Both the position numbers and the translations under genes were made by a program. Source: an uncultured bacterium (GTDB lineage Bacteria > Chloroflexota > UBA5177 > JANWHV01). Taken from it: DNA of 64,000 nucleotides. The DNA is taken from the NCBI GenBank assembly GCA_963729625.1, contig CAVSOU010000017.1, forward strand, positions 32,001-96,000. Direction: 5' to 3'. The notes under the pieces are model-generated. The model searched no databases. It was given only the letters and a program-made list of their open reading frames with translations, and was not told where the DNA came from. This document shows, piece by piece, positions 1 to 9,424 of this stretch (positions are counted from its first letter, which is position 1; the number at the start of each line of letters is the position of its first letter).

Positions 1-136
1 GGGCAGCGATCATCAATGGGCGACAGGTGGCGCAGGGTCTCATCCGTAGTGCAACAAGCGGCAGTGCGTGCGTTCGGGTCTGACGAGCGCGTGTGGGAGG
101 TACGGTGGGCCACTATGCGCGTGGAGTGGCCCGCTG

Positions 137-580
137 TCACGTCTGGTCAGCGCCGCGTGGATGCCATCGACTGATGGTTACCAGATCGTCGAAGTCACTG
201 TCGAAAGTGGCTAGTGGCAGGTGCTGCTGCTCTGCAATCGCTGCTACGATGGCGTCGGCAAACCCCAGCTTGGGTGTGGAGACGTAGAGATCGAGTGCTC
301 GCAGATACACGCGCTTCTGGCCGCGGGGCAGCTTGAAGCCGGGCATCTGGAGCAGAAGTCGGATGGCAGTGGCGATCTCAGCAGCCGGCAGATTGTAGTG
401 CGCTTTGGAGGCGAGCACGAAAGCTACCTCATGCAATACTACCTCGGCGGCGGTGATCTCCTCCTCGCCGCGCTGCACGGCCTCAACGAGCGCACGCGCC
501 TCCTCGGCCATCGCCTGCTGCGCTGGAGTCGTGGGCTGCACGAGATAGCGCAGGAAGACATTGGCGTCCACGAGGATCAC
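137..580 (-). CDS. vapC: PIN-domain toxin (VapC family)
   Basis: N-terminal ILVDANVFLRYL, EVVLHEV, FADAIVAA and LATFDSDF acidic PIN motifs; start overlaps the stop of the upstream antitoxin. Confidence 0.9.
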   Translation of the reverse strand: MILVDANVFLRYLVQPTTPAQQAMAEEARALVEAVQRGEEEITAAEVVLHEVAFVLASKAHYNLPAAEIATAIRLLLQMPGFKLPRGQKRVYLRALDLYVSTPKLGFADAIVAAIAEQQHLPLATFDSDFDDLVTISRWHPRGADQT

Positions 581-849
581 GGATGCTCCAGGCGCCCGGC
601 GATGCGCGCTGCCTCCTCCGCCCGGGCCTCTGCGATTTGCTCGTCAAAGTCGGCGGTCTCTCGGCCACGCAAGGGCGCTACCGAGCCATACAAGCTGCTC
701 ACGGTCCGCGTCACCGGCCTGAGCCGGACATCTGCGCCCTCGATGAAAAAGGCCACCTTGTCCCCGGCTGACAGCCCTAAGCGCTTGCGCACCGCACTGG
801 GGAGGGTGACCTGCCCCTTGCGACTGATCGTGGATACTATCTCTTGCAC
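577..849 (-). CDS. AbrB/MazE/SpoVT-family antitoxin (VapB-like)
   Basis: STISRKGQVTLPSAVRKRLGLSAGDKVAF swapped-hairpin motif; likely GTG start at 849. Confidence 0.88.
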   Translation of the reverse strand: MQEIVSTISRKGQVTLPSAVRKRLGLSAGDKVAFFIEGADVRLRPVTRTVSSLYGSVAPLRGRETADFDEQIAEARAEEAARIAGRLEHP

Positions 850-864
850 AGGCAGCTCCTGGTA

Positions 865-990
865 AAGACTATGTACACGTAGGGCACCCGCGTTGTAGGC
901 CTCCCACACGGGCTAGGCCTCGCTCAGCCACGGTTGGCGCCCCAAGAGCAAGTCGAGGACGATGTTGGTGTCCAGCAGGACCTTGATCAC
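865..990 (-). pseudogene. Truncated PIN-domain toxin remnant
   Basis: Manual translation: VIKVLLDTNIVLDLLL, then a frameshift to RQPWLSEA*PVWEAYNAG; has an in-frame TAG and stops after about 40 codons. Confidence 0.75.
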
Positions 991-1012
991 TCCCGTCGCA
1001 CCGGCAGTGCCC

Positions 1013-1249
1013 TCAACCATAGCGCTCCAGCCGGTGCTCCTCCAGCCACACCGCCACGTCTGCGTCGTCGGGCACCGGCCCGTCTGGCGCTGCGAGCCCT
1101 GCTAGTTCCTGCCAGCGCGCCCGCACGCCGGAGTGATCGCTCGTCAGCACCTGGTCGAGAATGCGCTGCGCAAGCAGCAGCCGATCGCGCGTCGACCACG
1201 AGGTGATCGTCCGCAGAATGGCCTCAGCGTCGCTTGACGTAGGCGTCAC
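1013..1249 (-). CDS. Putative antitoxin-like small protein
   Basis: 78 aa ending PVPDDADVAVWLEEHRLERYG, typical of PIN-toxin partners; GAGAGG RBS before GTG at 1249; lies directly upstream of the PIN remnant. Confidence 0.65.
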   Translation of the reverse strand: MTPTSSDAEAILRTITSWSTRDRLLLAQRILDQVLTSDHSGVRARWQELAGLAAPDGPVPDDADVAVWLEEHRLERYG

Positions 1250-1335
1250 ATCAGCGCCTCTCTCTTGTCCTGCTGCTCGTTGTTTCGGCAGTGTACCACG
1301 CCATGCGGCACAGCTACTCACCGGCCGGCCTCAGA

Positions 1336-1686
1336 TTTGGATCCGTGCTGAGCCGGCGCATGCGGCTGCCGTCCGGACTGATGGCCAGTGCCGCCGAGAT
1401 GCTCTGTGCGTTCATCCTTTTCGCCGTCGCCAGCCTCGTGGCCGGCGAGCGCCTGCATCAGCTGCCCCCCGCCCAAACCGTGCTCGCGGTGGCCTACCTG
1501 GTGGCGATGGGCTCGGTGGTGGGCTTCAGCGCGTACCTGTTCCTGCTCGGCCATACCCGCCCGGCCATCGCCACCAGCTACACGTATGTCAATCCTGTGA
1601 TCGCCCTCGGCGTGGGCGTCTGGCTCGGCGGGGAACACTTCTCGAGGGCGGCACTGATTGCGTCGCCGATCATCCTCAGCGGCGTG
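1336..1686 (+). pseudogene. EamA/YedA (DMT) transporter C-terminal fragment
   Basis: AYLVAMGSVVGFSAYLFLL...ATSYTYVNPVIALGVGVWLGGE; N-terminal half absent. Confidence 0.8.
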
Positions 1687-1983
1687 TGCAGCCGGATCGC
1701 GGGCGACCCGCCGCACCTGAGCGGAACGACGCTGGCAACCAACGTCGGTACGAACTGGAGCGGGCCGAACTATGACCGAAAGCCCACCGGTATACTGTGC
1801 CTCGACAACACGTTATATCTGGCTTTCCAGAATCTCAATCGCCTCAACTTCAGCGATGCGCCTGCGGCTTCGATCGCCAAATCCACGGACCACGGCGCGA
1901 CGTGGACCTGGGACACGGCGACGCCGATGTTCGGCGATCCGGGCAACCCGGCCGATCCGCTCGCCTACAAGTTCACCACTCTC
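1687..1983 (+). pseudogene. Internal fragment of an Asp-box/DUF4185-like secreted protein
   Basis: RKPTGILCLDNTLYLAFQNL...SIAKSTDHGATW Asp-box, fused in frame to the EamA fragment. Confidence 0.6.
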
Positions 1984-2142
1984 ATTGACGAACCAGCGTC
2001 GACATATGAGGCTGCCATGGCGGAGTTCGTGCGGCGATCGGCACCGCGCACGCCCGTGCGCACGGCCCTGCGGCAGCGCCCCGAGACTGCGGAGCAGGCG
2101 GCGCACCGCCGGCTGAGACAGCCTCACCGCAATCTGTCCAGA

Positions 2143-3660
2143 CTAGAGGGAGTAGATGGCGCCGAACTTGGCCCACAGGTAGCGAAGGTATGGCTCGGTA
2201 GTGAGGGGGGCGCCTGTAGCCCGCTGGATCAGGTCCGCCGGATCGAACTTGCGACCGTGCCGGTGCACGTTTTGGCGAAGCCAGCCGAGCAAGCCCGCAA
2301 ACTGGCCACTGCTCAGCTGCCGGTCGAGGTCCGGGATTGCCCGGTGCACAGCCTCCCATAATTGCGCGGCGATGATGTTCCCCAGGGCATAGTCCTGGAA
2401 GCCGCTAAATCCCCATGTCCAGTGAATATCCTGCAAGATCCCACTCGAATCGGTCGGAGAGGTGATCCCCAGGTACGACTGCATTGCCGCGTTCCAGGCC
2501 TCAGGGGCATCCTGCACGCTCAGCTTGCCATCGAAAAGCGCGATCTCGAGCTCAAAGCGCAGCATGATGTGGAGGCAGTAAGTGACTTCGTCCGCCTCGA
2601 CCCTGATCAGTGACGGTTGGACCTTGTTGACGGCACGGTAGAATGCGTGCACGTCGACATCGCCCAGTGCCTCCGGGAACGCAGCCTGGACGACAGGGTA
2701 GTAGAACTGCCAGAAGGGGAGGCCGCGACCAACGTAGTTCTCCCACAGGCGCGACTGGCTCTCGTGCACGCCCGGCGACACGCCGTGGTCGAGCAGCGAT
2801 CGATCGAGCGACTCGCCGACGCCTTGCTCGTAGAGGCCATGGCCGGCTTCGTGCATCGTGCCCATCAGGGCCATCGGCAGGAAGTGGTCGCTAAACCGCG
2901 TGGTAATGCGCACGTCCTGGCGACCGAAGGAGGTTTCGAACGGATGGGCGGTGCGATCCAGGCGACCGCGGCTGAAGTCGTACCCGAATTTCGTCACGAC
3001 ATCTCGGCATAGCCGCTCCTGCGTAGGCTCGTCGTACAAGCGGTGCAGGGGGCCGTCGTCGACCCTCGTGCCGTGCGGCGCGATGCGCTGCATGAGGTCG
3101 ATAAGTGCCGGGCGAAGCGCAGCGAAGATGGCCTGCACTGCGGCCGTGGTCATGCCGGGCTCCCTCTGATCGATAAGCGCGTCGAAGGGGCGTTCCGCGT
3201 AGCCGAGGTGCTCGGCCAGGCGGTGGGAAAGGTCGATGTTTCGCTGCAGCCAGGGCGCAAACGCGGCGAAGTCGTTGTCGCGCCTAGCCACTTTCCAGAC
3301 GGGGTTGGCCAGCGCAGCATTGCGAGCTATCTCGGCCACAAGCTCGGAAGGCACACGTGTGCCCCGATCGTAGTCCCGGCGAATCACGCGCACGAGGTTG
3401 TAGTCGTCGCCATCCCGATCGAGCCCGGCGACGGTATCCTCTGCTTCCTGCAGCAATGCACCAAGCTTGGCCGAGGTGAGCCGTTCATGTGCGATGGTTT
3501 GCAGCGCGACCAGGGACTCAGCGCGGCCGGCAGCCCCTTGCTCCGGCATCTGTGTCAGTTGGTCCCAGTTGAGCACGGCCGCCGCTCGTTGAATATCGGC
3601 GATTTCGTGCAGCTCTCCCTTCAGCTGATCCAAAGCGCCCGCCGCTGCCGTCTCCGCCAT
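2143..3660 (-). CDS. Carboxypeptidase, family M32 (Taq-like)
   Basis: HPF, DVRITT, HEAGH zinc motif, HESQSRLWEN, IRVEADEVTY, GILQDIHW. Confidence 0.95.
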   Translation of the reverse strand: MAETAAAGALDQLKGELHEIADIQRAAAVLNWDQLTQMPEQGAAGRAESLVALQTIAHERLTSAKLGALLQEAEDTVAGLDRDGDDYNLVRVIRRDYDRGTRVPSELVAEIARNAALANPVWKVARRDNDFAAFAPWLQRNIDLSHRLAEHLGYAERPFDALIDQREPGMTTAAVQAIFAALRPALIDLMQRIAPHGTRVDDGPLHRLYDEPTQERLCRDVVTKFGYDFSRGRLDRTAHPFETSFGRQDVRITTRFSDHFLPMALMGTMHEAGHGLYEQGVGESLDRSLLDHGVSPGVHESQSRLWENYVGRGLPFWQFYYPVVQAAFPEALGDVDVHAFYRAVNKVQPSLIRVEADEVTYCLHIMLRFELEIALFDGKLSVQDAPEAWNAAMQSYLGITSPTDSSGILQDIHWTWGFSGFQDYALGNIIAAQLWEAVHRAIPDLDRQLSSGQFAGLLGWLRQNVHRHGRKFDPADLIQRATGAPLTTEPYLRYLWAKFGAIYSL

Positions 3661-4029
3661 CACGTTCTCCCGCCACTCTGGTGAGGGTCGCGCCGGCGTC
3701 ACTGCCGCGATCGCGGCCTCGTCTCCGTGATGGTAGCGTGCTGGTCGGTTATTGACCTCGTTTGCCCACTCCCGCTTGCCCCGGTGCTGTCCGTTGGCCA
3801 CGGCAACGATCGGCGGAAGAGGAGAAGCTATCGTGACTCAGCAGCCCCATCATGCATCATATGCGCCCCTGGCGAGTGGTTGGCAAGACCGCATTGATGG
3901 TGTGCTTTGACCCCTGGACTCCCATTGCCACTGCCTGCACCGCGTGCATGAATATGCCGGCCGGTCGTGCAACGCCACCCTGAGCCAGCACCTCACGGAG
4001 GCGCCAGATCATACCAGCCCGCGCCAATC

Positions 4030-4182
4030 TCAATTGTCCGCATAGCCCTGCTCCCACGTGCGCAACGCATCGTGGTTGCGCAGATCGACGTGGAAGTCGA
4101 CAGCGGCCTTGAGGGCCAGCAGCACCGATACCCAGCCGGTCGTGACCTCGCCGCAGTCGGCGGAGGGTACGCCTTGGTCGAC
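4030..4182 (-). pseudogene. SRPBCC/AHSA1-like protein C-terminal fragment
   Basis: Manual translation VDQGVPSADCGEVTTGWVSVLLALKAAVDFHVDLRNHDALRTWEQGYADN*; no start codon or N-terminus. Confidence 0.6.
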
Positions 4183-4267
4183 GTGCTGTGCGACGGCATG
4201 TTGTCCATCCTGGACAGTGCATCATCCTCCTCTCGCACGTTGCACCAAGTTGTGCAGTTTGCACGTA

Positions 4268-4760
4268 TTACGCCGACTCACGCTTGACGACTGAACACTT
4301 GACGTCCACGCTGCCCTGAAAGGCGGAATCCTGGATCGCGGTGAGCAGTAAGCTTGCGGCGGCCAATCCGATCTGTGACGTCGGTTGCTCCATCGTGGTA
4401 AGCGATGGGACGCTATATGCGCCTTCGGCGATGTTGTCGAACCCAATGACCGCGATCCGCTCGGGGACGGCTATACGCTCCTTGCGAAGAACGGAGAGTA
4501 CGCTCAGCGCCATATCGTCATTAGCGACGAACACGCCGTCCGGCGGCTCCGGTCGGTCGAGCAGTGTGCCTATCGCTCGCGCTCCGCTCTCCGGCTGGAA
4601 AGTCCCTCTTCCTCGATTGGCGGTCCCAGGGCGCAGTCCAGAAGAGCACGTCGGTAGCCGGCGCGGCGTCGACCGGCATTGGACGCGCTAGGCGGCCCGG
4701 TAATATGCGCGATACGCCTGTAGCCGCGCACAGCCAAGACCGGCGGTCGTGGCCTGAAGC
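4268..4760 (-). pseudogene. LacI-family regulator remnant (sensor domain only)
   Basis: GYRRIAHITGP...RRAGYRRAL, then a frameshift near 4605 to GTFQPESG...VFVANDDMAL...IGFDN...PSLTT...VKRES; no HTH. Confidence 0.8.
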
Positions 4761-4936
4761 GCAGCCAGAGTTGGCTCGACGTAGGTAACGCCCCGTAAAC
4801 TATATTGAGTGTATTGACGTGTTCGTAGCCTAACGAGAGGCGACCATCACGCACGGGGAGCGCCTGACCAGCGCTCAGACTGGAAAACCCAACGCGGTTC
4901 GTACACAACTCTTGCGCAGGATGAGGGGGTAGCGCC

Positions 4937-6160
4937 ATGGCACCGTCCGCAACCACCAGCCGGTCTTCGGTAGAGCGCGCTTTTGACCAAGGAGCCGGCG
5001 TGTTGCGCCTGGCGCCCAACTGGGTACCCCGTGCATTTTGTGTGCCGGGACGGCGCATCAAGCTGCATCCCGACGACTATTATGCGCTCGGTGGCGCTCG
5101 CGGCGGCATCGACGAGCGCTGGTTTTCGTCGGCGATCCGCGCTGACAACGGACCCCTAACCGGGCCGTACGAGGGACTCAGCTTGATCGTCGGTCCCGAT
5201 GACGAGAGCATCCCCCTCGACGTGGCGGTCGCCACGCTTGGCAGTGCGCTCATCGGTGAGCGGCTCTGGCGGGAGTATGGCAGGTGGCCCATATACAGCA
5301 AGTTCTTTGACAATCTGGCCGCACTGCCGTTCCACATTCATCAGCGGGATGAGCACGCCGCGCTCGTAGGTCAAGCAGGCAAGCCCGAAGCCTACTTCTT
5401 TCCCGCACAACTGAACAACCACGGTGGCGACTTCCCGCACACGTTCTTCGGCCTACACCCACATACGACACGAGAACAGATGCGAGCCTGCCTGGCGGCA
5501 TTCGCACAGGGTGACAACCACATTACAGACTTGTCCCGCGCCTATCGGCTCGAAGTGGACACGGGATGGGACGTGCCTGCAGGAACACTGCATGCTCCAG
5601 GCAGTCTCTGCACGTATGAGCCGCAGCGGGATTCAGATGTCTTCGGAATGCTCGAGTCGCTGACCGGCAACCAGGTGGTTGCCGAGGACCTGCTCTGGAA
5701 GGATGCGCCCCCTGAGCGGCGCGGCGACCTGGACCTTGTGCTCAGCTGGATTGACTGGGAAGCAAACCTCGATCCCGACTTCGCGGCCCGCCATTTCATG
5801 CGTCCAAAGCCGGTGCGAGATACCGCGGAAATGCAGGAGGACGGCTACAGCGAGCAGTGGATCGCCTTCAAGTCGCCCGCGTTGAGCGCTAAGGAGCTCA
5901 CCGTGCTGCCCGGGCGGACGGCGACCATCCGAGATGCCGCTGCCTACGGCTTCATCGTGATCCAGGGTCATGGCACGCTCGGGCAGTGGCCGCTCGAGGC
6001 GCCCGCCTTGATTCGCTATGGCCAGCTGACCAATGACGAGTACTTCGTGGCTGAAAGTGCGGCGAGAGCCGGTGTCATCATCACGAATCCGAGCACGTGC
6101 GACCCGTTGGTGATGCTCAAGCATTTCGGTCCGGGCAATCCTGATCTCAGCCTGCAGTAG
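4937..6160 (+). CDS. Cupin-fold, class I mannose-6-phosphate-isomerase-like protein
   Basis: LPFHIHQ, GKPEAYFF, VPAGTLHAPG, YEPQRDSD metal-binding cupin motifs; GAGGGGG RBS. Confidence 0.75.
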   Translation: MAPSATTSRSSVERAFDQGAGVLRLAPNWVPRAFCVPGRRIKLHPDDYYALGGARGGIDERWFSSAIRADNGPLTGPYEGLSLIVGPDDESIPLDVAVATLGSALIGERLWREYGRWPIYSKFFDNLAALPFHIHQRDEHAALVGQAGKPEAYFFPAQLNNHGGDFPHTFFGLHPHTTREQMRACLAAFAQGDNHITDLSRAYRLEVDTGWDVPAGTLHAPGSLCTYEPQRDSDVFGMLESLTGNQVVAEDLLWKDAPPERRGDLDLVLSWIDWEANLDPDFAARHFMRPKPVRDTAEMQEDGYSEQWIAFKSPALSAKELTVLPGRTATIRDAAAYGFIVIQGHGTLGQWPLEAPALIRYGQLTNDEYFVAESAARAGVIITNPSTCDPLVMLKHFGPGNPDLSLQ

Positions 6161-6267
6161 GTAGACTTGGGAAGGCATGAACCGGCGCGGCTGAGGTAAG
6201 CTTCGGGCCGTGAACCGGAAGTCGGACGACGTCGGGAGGTCGGCTCTGTCGGCGCTGTCATGGAGCG

Positions 6268-6296
6268 TTGACGCTCAGGCGGAGCTATGGTAGAGT
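6268..6296 (+). promoter_or_regulatory. Sigma70-type promoter upstream of the sugar ABC operon
   Basis: TTGACG-17 bp-TAGAGT with TG extended -10. Confidence 0.6.
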
Positions 6297-6530
6297 GGCG
6301 CTCAGATGCCAGCAGGATGAGGGATCCGCGCGACCCGGCCCGCGACCGGACAGGGCAGGGCGTGGCGGCGCTGATGAAACACGCGACTGTGCCTCACCTC
6401 GATGAGGCCGTGGGCCGGAGTGTTTGGTATCTGGCCGCTGACGCACATATCTCAATGCAAGATCCCTGGGGATTGAGCGGGGCGTCGCGCCCCCATAAGC
6501 GTACGATCGACTGGCTGGCGCGCGCCCGGC

Positions 6531-8114
6531 GTGCGGGTGTCTGACCGGGCGAGAGAGGAGCTTCTCGCAGTGGCCCACGGAATCATCGAAGCCCGAACGC
6601 TCTGGAAGACCTTCGCTTCAGTGCCCGCTGTCAGTGATGTATCGCTGCGTGTCGACGCCGGCGAGGTAGTCGCTCTGCTCGGAGAGAACGGGGCCGGCAA
6701 GTCGACCGTGTTGAAGATGCTCGGCGGCGTCTACATGCCAGATCGAGGCACGGGCGAGATCCTTGTGGATGGGACGCCCGTCCACCTCGAGTCACCAGGA
6801 CATGCGCAGCATCTTGGCATTGCCATGATCCATCAGGAGCTGGCGTACGTTCCGGGTCGCTCTGTTGCTCAGAACGTATATCTCGGACGAGAGCCTCATC
6901 GATCGGGGCTGGCGGGACGGCTTGGAGTAGTCGACAGGGCCAGGCTCAACCAGGAAACACGAGAGGCGCTGGCCAGCATCGGCGCAACCATCCCCGTCTC
7001 GGCACTGCTTTCGGACCTCTCGGTTGCCCAACGGCAGCAGGTCGAAATCGCAAAAGCGATTTCGACACATGCCAGGGTCATCTTGATGGACGAGCCGACG
7101 TCGGCTCTCTCGGAAGAGCAGTCGGGACGCTTGTTGGAGCTTATCAAGCACCTGCGAAGCCAGGGATTGTCGATCGTCTTTACGACCCATCGCATAAACG
7201 AAGCCTTCCAGATCGCGGATCGATTCGTGGTCATGCGCGACAGTCGTGCCGTGGCGGATGTCCCGGCGCGAGATGCAACGATCGGCGGGATCATCACCCA
7301 GATGGTGGGTCGTCCCGTACAAGCATATTACGCCACCGAGGAGCATGCGCGCGTGTCTAGTCGTCCGGTTCTCGAGGTGAAGGGGCTGAGCGGTGGCATT
7401 GTGCGGGACGTGAGTTTCTCGCTGTACGCCGGAGAGATACTTGGATTTGGTGGCCTCGTGGGCGCCGGCAGAACGGAAATGGTGCGCCTGTTGTTCGGCG
7501 CCGATCGGGCGACATCGGGCACCATACTGATCGACGGAGTGCGAAAGCACATCAGGAATCCCAATGATGCGGTCGGAGCGGGAATCGGGCTCGTCCCGGA
7601 AGATCGGAAGATACAGGGACTCGTGCTGCAGCTAGCGGTGCGCGAGAACATGGTGTTACCCAGTCTTAGACGGCTGTCGACCCTCGGGGTGCTGAAGAAG
7701 CGTCAGCTCAATGCCGCCGCAGCCGAACATGTCCGCCAATTGCGCATACGCATACGAGCGCTGAACCAGGAAGCACGGACGTTGAGCGGCGGTAACCAGC
7801 AGAAGGTAGTCCTGGCAAAGTGGCTAATGGTATCTCCGCGGATACTGATTCTGGACGAGCCGACTCGAGGCATTGACGTCGGGGCAAAGGCTGAGGTCTA
7901 TCACCTGGTTGGCGAGCTGGCTCACTCGGGTATTGGGATCATTTTCATCTCCTCGGAGCTTCCAGAACTGTTGTCTATCAGTGACCGAGTTGCGGTGATG
8001 TATCGCGGACAGATCAGGACTATTCTCGATCGCGCCGACGCAAATCCAGAGCGGTTCATGCGCTACGCAGCAGGCTTCTCGGATACTGGTGCCGGGCTGC
8101 TGGCTGGGGCATGA
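6531..8114 (+). CDS. Sugar ABC transporter ATP-binding protein (RbsA/MglA-like)
   Basis: GENGAGKST Walker A, two NBDs, LSGGNQQKV, LDEPTRGIDVGAK; exact start uncertain. Confidence 0.95.
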   Translation: MRVSDRAREELLAVAHGIIEARTLWKTFASVPAVSDVSLRVDAGEVVALLGENGAGKSTVLKMLGGVYMPDRGTGEILVDGTPVHLESPGHAQHLGIAMIHQELAYVPGRSVAQNVYLGREPHRSGLAGRLGVVDRARLNQETREALASIGATIPVSALLSDLSVAQRQQVEIAKAISTHARVILMDEPTSALSEEQSGRLLELIKHLRSQGLSIVFTTHRINEAFQIADRFVVMRDSRAVADVPARDATIGGIITQMVGRPVQAYYATEEHARVSSRPVLEVKGLSGGIVRDVSFSLYAGEILGFGGLVGAGRTEMVRLLFGADRATSGTILIDGVRKHIRNPNDAVGAGIGLVPEDRKIQGLVLQLAVRENMVLPSLRRLSTLGVLKKRQLNAAAAEHVRQLRIRIRALNQEARTLSGGNQQKVVLAKWLMVSPRILILDEPTRGIDVGAKAEVYHLVGELAHSGIGIIFISSELPELLSISDRVAVMYRGQIRTILDRADANPERFMRYAAGFSDTGAGLLAGA

Positions 8115-8169
8115 CGCCGGCGCGAACGCATCCGGGCAGAGCAGAGACAGTTTCGAAGGGTGTAGGGAT

Positions 8170-9303
8170 ATGACCGACGAGCGGGCGGATACGACGGGCG
8201 AAAAGACTCGCGGCAGTGTTGCCCTTGTTGGCCGGCTCCGGGGCATGTCGTGGGGATCACTCCTGGCGCGCCCCGAGGCCGGAGTCTTCATCACGTTCGC
8301 GATTCTCGCGATATTCCTGTCGCTGGACAGCTCCAGCTTCCTCACGAGCCAGAACATTGCCTTCACGAGCCGCTCGTTCTCGTTCATAGCTATTGCAGCC
8401 ATCGGCGAAGGGCTGATAATCATCTCCGGGGGCCTCGACCTGTCGGTTGGATCGACCATGGGATTGTCAGGAACCATAGCCGCGTGGTATGGGACGCATG
8501 GCTATGACACCGCTGTCTGCCTCGCAGCAGGTCTTGGCATTGGCTGCCTCGTCGGGTTCATCAACGGCGTGCTGATCGCGAAGCTGAACCTGAACCCCTT
8601 CATCGTGACCCTGGCCATGCTGAACATGGTGCGCAGTCTGGTCTACGTGATTACGCAGGGCTATCCGCTGGTCGGCCTGCCCGATGCTCTGACAAGTCTG
8701 GGACAAACGTCGATCGTCGGCGTGCCGGTCCCGGTTGTGATTATGCTCGCCATTGGCGTGCTTTTCGCCTGGCTCATGCGGTCGACTGCGTTTGGCTGGC
8801 ACATCTTTGCGATGGGCGGCAGTATCGAAAGCGCGCGGCTGGCAGGCGTGCGAGTCGACCGGCTGAAGATAATGCTCTACACGCTTGGCGGTCTGCTCGC
8901 CGCGGTCGGCGGAATACTGCTGACAGCCCGCCTGGGCGTCGGCGATGCTTCAAACGGCACCGGGTACGAGCTGCAGGTCATCGCCAGCTGCATCATCGGC
9001 GGCGTGAGTCTCTATGGGGGAATCGGGGGCGTCTTCGGCATCCTTCTCGGCGCCGCCTTGATCGGTGTTCTGCAGAACGGTCTGGTGCTGCTCGGGATTT
9101 CCACATTCTGGCAGCAGTTCGCGCTGGGTGCTGTGATTCTTTTGGCAGTAGTCATCGACCGCATTCGCACGATCCGCTCCGGAGCGGCGCGACCGGCGTG
9201 GGCCGCGCGTTGGCCGAGCTTGCCCTGGCGTTCGAGTAGGTCACGGCAGCGTCACGGCAACGTGGACACCGGGACAACGGGAACGAAAGGAGGTGATCGC
9301 TGA
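8170..9303 (+). CDS. Sugar ABC transporter permease (RbsC-like)
   Basis: GGLDLSVGS, PFIVTL, GYELQVIASCIIGGVSLYGG. Confidence 0.93.
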   Translation: MTDERADTTGEKTRGSVALVGRLRGMSWGSLLARPEAGVFITFAILAIFLSLDSSSFLTSQNIAFTSRSFSFIAIAAIGEGLIIISGGLDLSVGSTMGLSGTIAAWYGTHGYDTAVCLAAGLGIGCLVGFINGVLIAKLNLNPFIVTLAMLNMVRSLVYVITQGYPLVGLPDALTSLGQTSIVGVPVPVVIMLAIGVLFAWLMRSTAFGWHIFAMGGSIESARLAGVRVDRLKIMLYTLGGLLAAVGGILLTARLGVGDASNGTGYELQVIASCIIGGVSLYGGIGGVFGILLGAALIGVLQNGLVLLGISTFWQQFALGAVILLAVVIDRIRTIRSGAARPAWAARWPSLPWRSSRSRQRHGNVDTGTTGTKGGDR

Positions 9304-9424
9304 CATAGACAGGCAGGATCGCACGCACGCACCTCTGGTTCCTGGCTTCCAACCACATGCATCGAGGCCTGAACGGAGGAGTTCGCTTTTAGATCAATGC
9401 TGGACTAAGGAGGCTTTCGAAGAA

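Noticed and set aside
6287-6544. 85-aa ORF in the ABC operon leader
   Set aside because: Its start overlaps the predicted promoter; no recognisable family.
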